A stretch of DNA of 56,718 bases, the filler included, from Catajapyx aquilonaris (lineage: Eukaryota), in the NCBI GenBank assembly GCA_000934665.2. It is 4 parts of 4 records of this genome, joined end to end, with 100 filler letters (N's around TTAATTAATTAA, not from the genome) between each part and the next. Parts side by side here need not be neighbours in the genome. Positions count along the whole stretch, not along the records: positions 1 to 14,101 come from JYFJ02007884.1; positions 14,202 to 28,303 come from KZ539746.1; 2 more parts are not named here. The stretch is one strand, 5' to 3'. The notes below the pieces were generated by a model, which saw only the letters and a program-made list of their open reading frames with translations, had not been told where the DNA came from and ran no database searches. The translations under genes were made by a program, and so were the position numbers. This document shows positions 11,501-22,783 of this stretch, in pieces; the first letter of the stretch is position 1; each line of letters opens with the position of its first letter.

Positions 11501-12298
11501 GTGAGCGAAATTTGCTGTAACTAAAGCTACTCAAATACTTGGAACACCCTGTACATTATGTTTGTTGAGATACATGCATCTCTGATAAGTTTAATTTATG
11601 AATTAAGGCACATTCAGACATCAACAACAGCAACTAATAATAAAATAGGATAGTTATAAAAATGCACTATTTTACTGCTGTAAAAAATTAATTAATATTT
11701 TAAATAAATGTTAGTTAATATTTTCAAACTGTGGATTACAAGCCCATGGATAGGGGGCCCACTGGATGCATTTTGATAGGTTACTGATTATATTCCTAAG
11801 CTTGATTCCTGGTAGGAACCCACCTAATCATGTTTTATGGTGATCAATGTGGGATTTATTATTTTCTTGCCTGTATGGATTTGGAAGTAACTCCTTGTGT
11901 GCCATTTCTTAAATAGCTCCACCTGGCAGCATTGACATCTTTAAGGGAAGAAATTCTAGATCTGACTTCAAGGATTCAGAATGTCATGCATGAACGGGAT
12001 AGGCTTGAAAAGTTGATCAACAGCATGAAAGTAAGTGTAAAACATTATAGGGTACTAGAATCAAGCCTAATGGGTCATTATTTTCAGGTAGAGAAATTGC
12101 AGCTAGTGAAAGAGAGCAAGGAGCACTTAGAACTGCAGGCCCAGTGTTATGAGGAGAGGGTGACTGAATTGCACAGTGTCATTGCAGAGTTGAGGAAGAA
12201 GTTTGAGCATCAACGTTCCCAAATCATTCATGAAGAGGATGAAGAGAGTCAGTCAGCTGACAGTCACAGCCATGTTACACTGGAAGACTCTAAAGAAG
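3335..12298 (+). CDS. MCC: Colorectal mutant cancer protein (MCC) homolog, EF-hand isoform; partial, 5 exons: 3335-3531, 10253-10530, 10604-10749, 11917-12030, 12088-12298
   Basis: Spliced frame gives EF-hand loop DGNGDGYIDSQDL, second EF-like GADEYGRISFRDF, WEFDSGARDL, LHLAALTSLREEI and YEERVTELHSVIAEL, all recognisable MCC motifs; splice phases are consistent. Start exon and 3' exons are not visible. Confidence 0.9.
4322..4776 (-). pseudogene. THAP zinc-finger remnant (transposase N-terminus)
   Basis: MGKKGKGGVPFCVVY(frameshift)CKRNKKRLERVTYFVFPCERQDLMRQWREALNLPPTYTPMSSHQVCMDHLHRQSLFPYRPEQKRRELKPNAVPTL after removing the nested MITE: C2CH residues, FP, W and AVPT box. Confidence 0.8.
4375..4557. 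mobile_element. PIF/Harbinger-like MITE nested in the THAP ORF
   Basis: TIR GGGGCCATCCATAAATTACGTAACACT / AGTGTTACGTAATTTATGGATGGCCCC, TA(G) duplicated at both ends; a related end occurs at about 21325. Confidence 0.85.
5320..6192 (+). mobile_element. Tigger3/MER2-like (pogo) non-autonomous element, interrupted by a MITE
   Basis: ACAATACAATATAACAACTATTTAAATGGCATTTGCATTGTATTAGGTATTATAAGTAATCTAGAAATGATTTAATATATATGGGAGGATGTG, continuing after 6135 as CTATGTCATTTTATATAA; resembles the human Tigger3a/MER2 core as I recall it. Confidence 0.65.
5539..6129. mobile_element. Foldback MITE
   Basis: TGTTAGGCTCAAACTCCAAAAACGGCCATTGAGCG...CGCTCAATGGTCGTTTTGGGGGTTTGCGCCTAACA with CACATA duplicated at 5533-5538 and 6130-6135. 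Confidence 0.8.
6500..7677. mobile_element. Foldback element with about 390-bp near-identical inverted arms
   Basis: About 6540-6930 is the reverse complement of about 7243-7637; mirrored ORFs in the track (6558-6836 + and 7338-7652 -). Confidence 0.85.
7835..8090 (+). mobile_element. 5'-truncated SINE with (AAT)n tail
   Basis: 3' motif ATGGTGGTAATCCACCCCCCTAAAGG...GGGGTAA followed by (AAT)n; body similar to the 8091-8483 copy (TGCACTTGCAC); 5' boundary approximate. Confidence 0.55.
8091..8483 (-). mobile_element. tRNA-derived SINE (family C) with (AAT)n tail
   Basis: Minus strand head GGGAGGTGTGGTGGCCGTGATGG...GGTTCGATCCCC, 3' motif ATGGTGGTAATCTACCCCCC, flanked by TTA tracts. Confidence 0.8.
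8484..8561. repeat. (TAT)n microsatellite
   Basis: About 26 uninterrupted TAT units. Confidence 0.95.
8703..9046 (-). mobile_element. tRNA-derived SINE (family D), full length
   Basis: Pol III A/B-like boxes on the minus strand; perfect 14-bp TSD TCCCAAAACAAGTT at 8689-8702 and 9047-9060; homologous to 9391-9722. Confidence 0.85.
9391..9722 (-). mobile_element. tRNA-derived SINE (family D), full length
   Basis: B box GGTTCGATCCC; 16-bp TSD ATTGAAT(T/C)AGCAACTA at 9375-9390 and 9723-9738. Confidence 0.85.
10883..11147. mobile_element. PIF/Harbinger-like MITE
   Basis: TIR GGCCTCTTTCACATGAG / CTCATGTGAAAGAGGCC flanked by TTA/TTG. Confidence 0.75.
11317..11551. mobile_element. Tc1/mariner-type MITE (CAGGGTGTTCCAAGTA family)
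   Basis: CAGGTTGTTCCAAGTA...TACTTGGAACACCCTG|TA; homologous to 18629-18978. Confidence 0.75.
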
Positions 12299-12329
12299 GT
12301 GCACTCTTTTTCTTAATGTCACTATTATA

Positions 12330-12659
12330 CAGGGTGTTTCAACTTTTTTGTCGGAACAGTTATCAGAAAATTGCACGTAGTTGCTACTTTGTAAGCAGTG
12401 ACTTGCAACCGGTGATTTGTCGGAGGAATGGGGAATGGGGGAAAAGAGGGTCACACATCCCATGGCATGTGTGACCATCTTTTTTCCAGGTTTGACCCTC
12501 AATTTTCAGCGGGCAGCACGTATGCCACTTCAACCTACGATTCACAGGGAATATTCCCCGTTCCTCCGTAAAAGCACTGTTTGCAAGTCACTGCTTACAA
12601 AGTAGCAGCTACGTGCAATTCTCCGATAACTGTTCGGACAAATAAGTTAAAACACCCTG
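12330..12659. mobile_element. Palindromic Tc1/mariner-type MITE
   Basis: TA|CAGGGTGTTT...AAACACCCTG|TA with about 100-bp inverted arms. Confidence 0.85.
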
Positions 12660-12680
12660 TATAGAATACAGGGTCTTTAA

Positions 12681-13189
12681 CCCTTTCATTCCTGAATTTT
12701 TTGGGCCGTTTCTTCTCTTTTTGAAAAAAATTTGTAGTAGGAGTGATATAATGAAAAACAATATGCTTCAATATTTATCATTTTTACTCGTGGTGGTCCT
12801 TTGAAATGTAAAAATGCCAAAAACATTCACCTACAGGGTGTTCCAGAAAAAAAATTAAATGCCATTAACTTTAAATGCAATTAAATTAATTTAAAATTTT
12901 AAAATCACTATAAAATTGTTACGATGGTTGCAAAATAATACTAAAACACTGTACTATGAGAAATTCCTAAGCGTCCAGACTTATGGGACACCCTGTAATT
13001 ATGCCGCCGGGTGGGGGGTTGTTTACCGTTCAAGGGCGCGAGCAAAATATAACAATCCGACTTTGTGGGTGCTGAGTCACCATCCACTAGATGGCACAAG
13101 AAGTTTGACCCACAAAGTTTGCCTTCTGCATGCGAACGCTTTGCCGCCAGATTAATTGTTGCCATATGGCTACAGTGGGAATGAAAGGG
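12681..13189. mobile_element. piggyBac-type MITE with a nested Tc1-type MITE at 12834-12995
   Basis: TTAA|CCCTTTCATTCC...GGAATGAAAGGG|TTAA; inner TA|CAGGGTGTTCCA...TGGGACACCCTG|TA. Confidence 0.85.
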
Positions 13190-14101
13190 TTAACTAGGTA
13201 GTCCACCCAATGAACAGCTATATTTTTCTTCTAACTCTACATAGAAACATGATGTTTGGTTTAAAACTTAACTTAGTTCATGGGAATGTAGAACGATTTA
13301 CAATAAATGCTGTACTTGACCTTCAACGACCTCCGTAAACACTAGAACGCAACTCGACAGAGCGCTCCTTATTATCAAAGGCCTTCCGCAGCATATCGAC
13401 ATGAATAGTCAGGATTGCTGCACCAAGTGTTTTGGACCAATGCAGTGGTAGCTGGCCTCCTTTAGAGGAAGTAAAAAAATAAAAAAGTGAAGCACAGGGT
13501 ACTGGAATGACTGAAAAAGTCGCCACAATTTTGTCACAAGAAATCGGGTATTCTGTTTCCACCTGTCGAAAGAGCCGCGAATGGGGATATTTAAAGATCT
13601 GTGCTTACAACAGTGAGTCTAGAGCTCTAGACGTTAGAAGCCTTGCAAAGCAACATAAGGGCAGCAATCCGGACCATTTACGAGGATATGCTGCGGAGGA
13701 TCTTCGATAATAAGGAGTGTCGTGTCGAGTCACGTTAGAGTGTGTATGGAGGTCATTGAAGGTCAATTCCAGCATTTATTGCGAATGGTGCTACATTCCC
13801 ATGAATTAAGGTAAATTTTAAACCAAACATCACGTTTCTATGTGGCAAGAAAAATGTAGTCGATTCTTTGGGGGGACTACTTACAAGGGAAGTGTCTGTA
13901 GGGCCATCGGCCAATCGGCCCGAAAATGACACTAGGGGTAAATCGCAGGCCAGAAATTCATTGGTGAAAGTAAAAAGTCGCATTAGCCAAGCGTTTTCGA
14001 GATATGGGCGACTATAGGTGCCCGGCAAACCTACTCGGTGACAATGGGGCGCATTCGGCAGAAGCAATTATAAACAGTCTTCGTGGCTCAGTCGGTAGCG
14101 C

Positions 14102-14201
14102 NNNNNNNNNNNNNNNNNNNNNNNNNNNNNNNNNNNNNNNNNNNNTTAATTAATTAANNNNNNNNNNNNNNNNNNNNNNNNNNNNNNNNNNNNNNNNNNN
14201 N
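14102..14201. other. Artificial joining spacer
   Basis: 44 N + TTAATTAATTAA (stops in all six frames) + 44 N. Confidence 0.95.
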
Positions 14202-15960
14202 AAACATCCACAGATCATCATATGAGGCGCGCGATTTAGTACAGTACACTACTAGAAAAAAAAAAAAAAAGTCAAATGTTTCAATAGATATCGCGATAAC
14301 AAAAAAATGCTATCCAAATATTTCGACCTAATATTTTGCCCTGTACATCACTTACATGAACATTACATTATGCAGATTGACAAAATTGGAACCAGCCGTG
14401 AAAGTAATTTCCTGTCATTCAGTATACCATATAGAACAGTGACAGCCAACAGCGTAGCATTGCACTTCAGCAGAATGCAATAAAAAGCTTCATCTGTCCA
14501 ATTTTATAACAATCAACTTGGCGAGGACCATATCCTTTCAGAACTACCACCCAAGTGATTATCGTTTGGGAAAGTCTTTTTACGCTCCATTTGGTACCAA
14601 TTAGTGCTGCAAGAAGCCTACAAAGTCCGCCTTTTTGAGCCATTTTTATTGCCTTAGGCCTTTCAATTTTATGCACCTTCATGCAAGACTAATCAGGAAT
14701 ATCCTCATATACCTGTATAATGGGCAGTAACTAGAAATCTAAAATAATAAAAAATACGATTGAAAAAAAAAAAACTTGCCTGTCTCCATTCATTGTTCCA
14801 GGCACTAGTTGAGGAAACCGCCTGAAGTCCCTCAAGGCATCTTGGCGGAAGGCACTTTTGGTCCAGAAGTCTCTCAGTTGGCCTGGAAGTAGTCAAGAAA
14901 ACATTTCTTTTTTTACCACACACACAACTACATGTGGACGGTTCCACTTCACACTCCAACCTAATGGGGAGCATGAACTTGAGCCACTAGATACATGTGA
15001 GGGTCATTCCGAGTGCTTGCTTTCGCTAATTCGCGGCTAATATGCCTGGAGTTGTCAAGGAAAGGGAAATTAAGTGCAATCAAGCCCCCTTCATGGGAAA
15101 AGGCCGTGAAAAAGTGCTGTGAAACTAACTGTTAATGCATGAGTATGCTTGGGCAGGAAATGTGATCCGGTTCTCCTCATTACCACTTTCGTGACAATAA
15201 AACAACCTGTTCTTTTTTATTGTACTACTGCCATAACTTGTAGAGATAAATTATGATACTGCGATGCTCTTCTTCACTTCATAATAAATGGTAATAATTC
15301 ATTCCCACTCCCAAGTAAATAAAACAACTGTAATACTCTATATACCGTACAGCCCAAAAATACAAAATAATTTATTTCAAAACCAGTGCAAAATTTAATA
15401 ATTGAACTCAAATGCAACTGCCTTAAAAACAATGTTTTCACTTTAAGTTACAAAAATTTATTGCAGGATACATAAATTACCATTATCATCATCAGTAGTC
15501 TAGGAAAACACGCCTTCCCCTATTTAGTTACCATATGGCAAACATGCGGTAAGAATCGAACGGACAGTAATAAATTACAACATCGTATAACGTTGTCGTT
15601 ATGTCAAGCTGTCATAAAGGCCAGTACGACAGCGATAAGAAAGAACATTAAAATTTCGCGCTGCATGTAACATATCAGGTGGGTCAATTCCGCCAAAATC
15701 TGAGGCAGGCACATGAAGGCCAGCTTTTATAATCATACACCCTAATCACCTCCCCTTAACCTCACTTGGACGAGCTTATCTCTCACCCAGACGTTGTTAT
15801 CAGTGCCGGTAGCATATCGTCCAGTATGTAGGCTCTTAATCCCCTCAAGGCGGAAATAGACAGCACCGATGCGATGTTGCGTAATTTTACCACGGGTTAA
15901 CTACAGGGGCTACCTTGACCAATAAAACATCGAAAACACGCTAATGACACACCTGTCAAG

Positions 15961-16256
15961 ATTTCACGGAAAATTTCATTGTTCCTAGCTTACACAAAAG
16001 GTCAGTCCGAGCTGCTGAAGGAGGTATGGAATCACTTGAAGATTGTTATCGACAATGTCCCCCCCCCCCCAAAGTCGATACTATTCAGATTCCCCTGGTT
16101 GCCAACAAAATTGCAACTCAGCTGAAGAAGTTTCGTGATATGCAGGAGGAGGAACACGCACAAGGTCTTCTTCAGAAAAAGCCTCGAAACATTTTGAGTC
16201 ACACGCTATGGCAGCTGCAGGACAAACTCTGGATCAGACCTTTCTATCTAATGTAA
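15961..16256 (+). pseudogene. Possible decayed MADF (Myb/SANT-like) domain
   Basis: Joining frames across the C12 run gives ...ELLKEVWNHL...TQLKKFRDMQEEE...WQLQDKLWIRPF, resembling the MADF pattern W..I...W..LRD...W....L.FL.P. Confidence 0.3.
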
Positions 16257-18628
16257 CCTTGACAAGCAAATTACTTTTAGCATAATAACGCCATTTTATC
16301 GCCCTATAAGGAGTGTGCCAGGTGCAGTCTGGAACAGAGGTAATCAAATTACCCGTCTCGAATCACACGACTACAAATGGATGTCTTCAAGAAGCGTGAT
16401 ACATACCATGTCCTCTGCAATGTTAAGGCAGCCACCAGCAATCCATAAACATGCCATAAATAACTGTTATATTATAATACAATATTATATTCGTAGCATT
16501 CCCCCAAGCCCCGCCTGAATTCGTGGTGCTACAATGAGGCTGATCTTTGTCACCATTTCGGTCTTGGAATAAGTCAAATCTGGAGTGACTAGCCACCCTG
16601 TTGGAGTCAAACGAAGTTGCATGCCTCAAGTTGATCCTTTTAATAGGGACCATTTCTCGGCGCACGTCTCTGGTATTTGAATGGAGTGCCTGCTCGTATG
16701 GGGGCATCCCGGCTTTTCCAACATAATGGGCCATCTTTCGTATTAATAGGCCAATGTGAATAAGTCAAGCGCCAATAACGACGTGAGATACGCGCCGAGA
16801 TAGCGGTCTTTTTTACGACTGACTGCACGTGCAGGCCTTACAAGTATGTTGGGGTCAACAAATCCCACGAAAACACTTGAAAACACCAACCTTGCCGGTA
16901 TACACAAGCACAATCCCTGAGGTCACAGTAACGGGGTGGCAAAAGACAAGAAGTGGCAATTTGGTGAAGGTCTCCAGTCTGACTAACCTGGCATTGTTCT
17001 CCCTGCTTATTTCCACCTTTTATGCCAGCGATCTTCACTGTCGCTCACACACACACGATTGCATGATTGCAACTCCCATACCTGTGGGGTAGGTAGGTAG
17101 GTAGGTAGGTTACCCCTCCACCCCCACCTTTCCTATACCCCTCATTCCCCCCTCAACCCAATCTCCATCACAAAAAGGTCATCAAGCTGAGGCCAAAAGA
17201 CTTCCAAACTTGCTGACAGGCTGGGAAATACCAGGACAGATGTTTACAACCCAATCTGTAGCATTCTCCTCCTCATAATGGTGTAATCGTTTTATTGGTG
17301 ATAAATATTTGCATCATTTGGCTTGGCTTAAGGGCAACAACCTAAGTGATGAATCATTTTACTTCTGGTCCGTTGTTTCGAGTGGGATAAGCCACTGAAA
17401 CGGATGAGAGACAACTTTCACTTCTTTTTTTTTTTTTTTTCATAATTGCATGCAATTTCGGGAAACCACTTTTGTGGGCCCACTACACGTAAGGGGAGGG
17501 GCCAACTTCTTCCAACAGGAATATTCTTCCAAGAACATGGAACTTCTGAGAAAACGCTCATGTGAAATGAATATCATAGCTGAAAAATTACCCCCAAAAA
17601 TAACATCCGCAGACCTTGCAATCAGTACGCAATTACCCTGCACAAAAATCCAATCCTATAACAAGGTCGGTGTATTGACCTCCCATATTTACCACGACAC
17701 GTGCTAAGCCCCCATTATTTTTAGTACGACACCCGACACCTTCTGGACCATTTTTGTGGCAGCCACCAGAATTTTACGGGGCTTGACCAATATTTTTCAT
17801 CCTATGACCTCGTCAGTTCCAGATGGCTGACTGGTCATAAAGGGGGGCTATTACTGAATAGGAAGGGGTGGGGTGGGGTCAGCTGCCTCAAATGCCATTC
17901 TTTTTTTTTTCTTCTATCCTTCCACGCCTATCTCCCGTGTAAAAAAAAAAAAACGCACATCGGCCTCTCTCCATTTCCCATCCCCTCCTTTAGAACAAAT
18001 GCTCCCACATTGCAAACCGGAGGGCCGAGAAACATGAATTAATTTGCACGCGTGAGTTGCCGCACAACAGACTACAAGTCCAACCTCCTTTTTCTTCCCA
18101 ACTGGGAAAATGAACGCGGAAGGACCTGTGAACGGAAACAGCCAGATTGACGACCTCTATTCTATCGTGCATGCCACCAGTACATACATCCAGGGGGATC
18201 CACAACATTACAAATGACCAACAGGGACTTGTTCATCCGCAATGAATCCAAAGTGCAATTTCCTGCCTTTGCATGGGCGTGGATAGAATGCCGGAGATGT
18301 GTTGGCTCGGTGCCCATACTGTGCCGTACCTGGTACCTTCCCAAAGCAATGTGAACATCTGCACCAGGTGCGCTGTTCAGGCTCACAAAAGGTATTGATA
18401 ACATTGCATCAATCATGTATATCATAGGGACCAATAAAAATTCCATTCAAGGTATGGAATTGTTCGAAATAAAAATGTTGTGGTGTAAGTAGTTAAAATA
18501 ATCTAATACAATGTGGCGACTGATCGTTAAGGGCTCGAGTTTCCCATGCAATTAGTACTTAATCACTAGGTATGTGAAGTACCTAGACATGTGCTCAACA
18601 AAATGCACTGAAGCACGGTATACGTATA

Positions 18629-18978
18629 CAGCGTGTTCCAAGTAATCAGGGTCGTTTTTAGTTATCGCTAATATCGTCCGAAGTAGTTATTTTTCTGTAG
18701 CTTGTTGCGCCTCAATCGAGGCCCCGTATTATTCCCATGTGGTGCAATATATAAGTTTCTATGCAGTATAATAGGGGGCCTCGATCGGGACGCAACAAGC
18801 TACACAAAAATAACTACTTCGGACGATATTAGCGATAACTAAAAAACGACCCTGATACTTGGGAACTTGGCACACCCTGTATAATAAAGCATCTGGATCG
18901 GGACGCAACAAGTGACAAAAAAATAACAGTTTCAAGCGAAATTTCCTGGAAAGCGACCATCATACTTGGAACACCTTG
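18629..18978. mobile_element. Tc1/mariner-type palindromic MITE (18629-18879) plus a duplicated right arm (about 18896-18978)
   Basis: TA|CAGCGTGTTCCAAGTA...CACACCCTG|TA, then a second GATCGGGACGCAACAAG...TACTTGGAACACCTTG|TA. Confidence 0.8.
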
Positions 18979-19022
18979 TATTAGAGGGTGATACGTCAAG
19001 GTTCTAGAATTCCGTCAATCAT

Positions 19023-19826
19023 ACTACAGAACCAAGAGCTGACAGAACTGATACTGTCGAGTATGATCATTTTTGTTCAACAGTCCCGTTACTGAACTAA
19101 CGAGCTTCAGATACAAGGTGTTACCTTGTAATTTTAATATTAATTTCGATCCCGAATCAAATTTGCACAGAATCTTTAATAAATGCCACAAATTGGAAAT
19201 CTCCAATATCATTGGCCCATAAAGATGAGGCAAATAATATGGCAAAGGCACTAATGACAGACTACATTTTTCAGACCAGTACTGTTCTTCTTGGAAGTCA
19301 GTCTAACATGTAAGCTTATCATTATATGACAGAAATTCCTCAAGATAACGTGGCTGAATATTTGCTATCAGGTATGATTTCTAAGAAAGAGGGTGCTTTG
19401 GCCACAATGGAGCTGTATTGTCCTCAATAATATCACTTCCCTGAAGGATTGCCTGCAGCATGTGACAGGATATTGTCTGGAAATCACACTGCAATGTGCT
19501 GTGACTTTTTCTTGGACATACTGAAAGTCATGAATTCACGCAAGAGTGATACAATTGATCTACATATTTCTTGCTTATACTTAGGCTCAAGTGAAAAATA
19601 AAACGTTGGCCTGAACATGGTCAAAAATTTGACTATCACTAAAATACTGAATATCGAAAGCAATGAAAACACATGTTGCTCAAGAAATTCGTCTGTTTCT
19701 CTATGCATAGTTGAAAACAGACCTTCAGTTAATTTAGTGCAGTGCAAAAGTTGTGCTAATAATTTGTGGAGCAAAACACTATTTACTGTACAAAGATACC
19801 TACAGGAACCTACACAAAAACATTAA
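19023..19826 (+). pseudogene. Decayed intronless ORF, possibly a divergent ionotropic receptor fragment
   Basis: One frame of 268 codons with only 4 internal stops in AT-rich DNA; hydrophobic LVILILISIP, then ACDRILSGNH and DLHIS...NVGLNMVKNLTITKILN, loosely like an IR S2 lobe. Confidence 0.3.
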
Positions 19827-21782
19827 TTCATGTGCATTACATGGGCAACATTTGGAGTGTGGTGTTCCACTTTGACAAGATTACAGGCACCTACACACCT
19901 AGTTTAGCTCTGCCTACATTTTGATAACAGCATAACTGAACTCTGAATATGTGACACTGACAGTCTAAAAATTGGTGAATTGGCTGCTGGCCATGTTGCA
20001 TCAAATTAAATGTAAAAAATAAACAATTCAAGTGACATCTACACTCTGATTTGTATAAAGCACAGTGGAATCACCTTTATTACCTCTTACCTTATATCTT
20101 CACTTATATCTTTATATGACCTCTGTCATTGTCACAATGTTGTTGTTTGGACCTTACAAAAATCAAAGTATAGCTTCCATTAGATTTTAGTACCTAGAAT
20201 CAACCTGGGTCAAATCAGACTCCCAATCAGGCCAGCACAGTTATGAATGCAACCTCATGTCATGCCTCCTGTCACCCTGCCAAGCTGACCAATACGACCG
20301 AAAAAGACCTATCAAGGGACGAACAGTTCCCTAAAAACTGGTTCTAGCTGATCCATTAATTCTGGCCAGGTTTGACCCTTGTGTCCATCAATTGTGCCGC
20401 ACCCAACACCAATCACCGGCAGCTAATCCACGGTCTTCATCCTCTCGACCTTGCATCAAAACATGTCACACATTTGTTAATCACCCCCCCNCCCCCCCCC
20501 CATCTACCCCGATGAAATAGATAGTCCGTTGAATATCTGTCCTTATCTAGTTGTGGCACCGCCAAGACCCGCAACGTACATGCCCTTATGCGATGGGTGG
20601 AGGCATCGGGCGGGGTTCCAACTGAACGTCGCGTCGGTATATCACAGGAGGTACGACCACATACCAACCTGTATGCATTGACCAAGACATGTGTAACTTA
20701 CAGCGTGGTTGGATAGCAGCTGCCTGGGGCTGGTTGTGGCTGCTCCTCCCCTATGCGGCCTCAGCTGGATAGGCAGGCATCAAATACACACACACTCACT
20801 TACTCGGATCAGCGGCCATGTTTGCCCCACTTTCGGGTTGCCAGGCGGACGGGCAACTGTTCGTGCTCCGTACTTGCAGGCGGGAGAAGAGAAGGGCTGC
20901 CGGTAGGGGGCAGCAGAGGAGGGCAAGTGTGCCAGATGAAGCGCTGAGATTCAAAGAATCAAAAAAAAAAGGTTGAAGCAAGTAATTGAAAAATTAAGGG
21001 AGGTTGTGAGGGATTGATATTATATTTAAGATCTTATGTAATAAAATACAAAGTTTGTCTGTATGTCAGGGCTACCCGGGGCTACCTAACCCACTTTCGG
21101 ACTATGAGAGTACTGAAGCTTGGCACACGGATGTCTCATGTGCCGCGGATTCCGGGAAAAGCCCGAAAACTGCACTTTTTGAGTCTCACTGCCCAAAATT
21201 TTGTTATGTTTTGTTTTTGTTTTTATGAGGTTTGGTCACTCATCTGGGCGGCTGGGGCAATTTTAACGCGCACCATAGATGCCTCTCCTAATAAGATACC
21301 CTCCCCACCTATATTCACGTTCCCGGGGCCGTCCATAAATTACGTAGACAGGTAGGGGGGAGGGGGAGTCGGGTCATCAATTATTGTACAAGAGTGCAAA
21401 TCAAGGGGGGGGGGGGGGGTNNNNNNNNNNNNNNNNNNNNNNNNNNNNNNNNNNNNNNNNNNNNNNNNNNNNNNNNNNNNNNNNNNNNNNNNNNNNNNNN
21501 NNNNNNNNNNNNNNNNNNNNNNNNNNNNNNNNNNNNNNNNNNNNNNNNNNNNNNNNNNNNNNNNNNNNGGGGGGGGTGAATTGTATACAAGTGTACTGGT
21601 GCGGGAAGTCCCCAGTTTTTCTGACGGGGCTGCCTTACAGTTTAAACAGAGGCATCTGATGTCTCTCCTGTATGCATGTGTTCACTTTTCAATCTATACG
21701 CAGGGCAAAGGTGTCGTTCATAGGACTGTGGCTGTGGCTGATTTCAAAGGGGCTTTGTGGTGATGAACTATATGGCAGGGAC

Positions 21783-22781
21783 ATAAGACCATGAATATAT
21801 CGTTAAGCGGAATGTCCTTGGGCGAGTCAATAAATAGCCTTAATAGTTGATTTACAAATTATTTTGTACTATAGATTATGTGAACTATTCTTGCTGTATA
21901 GGTGGTACGGCCATTCGTGTAGTAGGTATGGAGTGTTTCAGAACCACCATGTGACACCAGGTAGTCAAGTGACAGCTATTTGAAGATGGCGGCCCCACTG
22001 GAGGTGTGCACCAGAGAAGAGGAGTTGGATTTTGGGGAAGACGCGAGTCGCCATTCTTTACTGGAATGTTTAGTTCTGGCTGGAAGTGATGCGCCCAGCA
22101 TTCATCGCCAGTCACTATACAACGCAAAAAGTCATCATCTTCCTCCTCGTAATGTCTGAGAAGCGTTGCACACGCATCGACACGCATTTATGCGGCAATT
22201 GCCTGGGAACCCATCTGGCCGACACTTTTGCATATCTCAGGTGCTCGTGTATGATGACCTCAACTGACCCAACACTCCCACCATTTACACTGATGCGTTG
22301 GTCTTGACAAATAAGCACATCTGCTCCGTGACATCAGTGTGCGGGCGACCAGATCGTCGGGTGTCCAGCAGACTTGTCAAGCCTCCTGGGAACTTCCACG
22401 CCCATTCATACACCTGCTGTATAGTGATATGCAGGCACTACCATACTGTGCCTTCATCCGACTGTGAATATCTGTGGGATTCAGTCGTTTCACACCTTCA
22501 CTGGCGAGGAAACCGCTGCAGCTCTTCTCTGGTGCACACCAGACCTTGGGTGCACACCTCCAGTGGGGGCGCCATCTTCAAATAGCTGTCACGTGACTAC
22601 CTGGTGTCACACGGTGGATCTGAAACACTCCATACCTACTACACGAATGGCCGTACCACCTACTGAAATAATAGTTCACATAATGTATAGTACAAATTTG
22701 TAAATCAACTTTTAAGATTATTTATTGACTCGCCCTCGTAATTGAAGGACATTCCGCTTAACGACATATTCATGGTCTTAT
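21783..22781. mobile_element. Short-TIR MITE enclosing the mariner derivative
   Basis: ATAAGACCATGAATATATCGTTAAGCGGAATGTCCTT / AAGGACATTCCGCTTAACGACATATTCATGGTCTTAT. Confidence 0.7.
21820..22740 (-). mobile_element. Deleted mariner with about 200-bp inverted 5' ends and an N-terminal transposase remnant
   Basis: Terminus TACGAGGGCGAGTCAATAAAT; motifs IIHEHLRYAKVSARWVPRQL and FLRCIVTGDECWAHHFQPE. Confidence 0.85.
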
Positions 22782-22783
22782 AA

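Noticed and set aside
17990..18446. Overlapping medium-length ORFs in GC-richer DNA
   Set aside because: No recognisable motif or consistent splice structure in any frame
20715..20790. Possible HDV-like ribozyme around GGCTGCTCCTCCCCTATGCGGCCTCAGCTGG
   Set aside because: P1 would not begin with G, the L3 loop is too long, and no convincing P2 or P1.1 can be formed
21404..21577. Poly-G flanked N gap (also 49621-49736)
   Set aside because: Sequencing dropout at G runs; the ORFs spanning the Ns are meaningless
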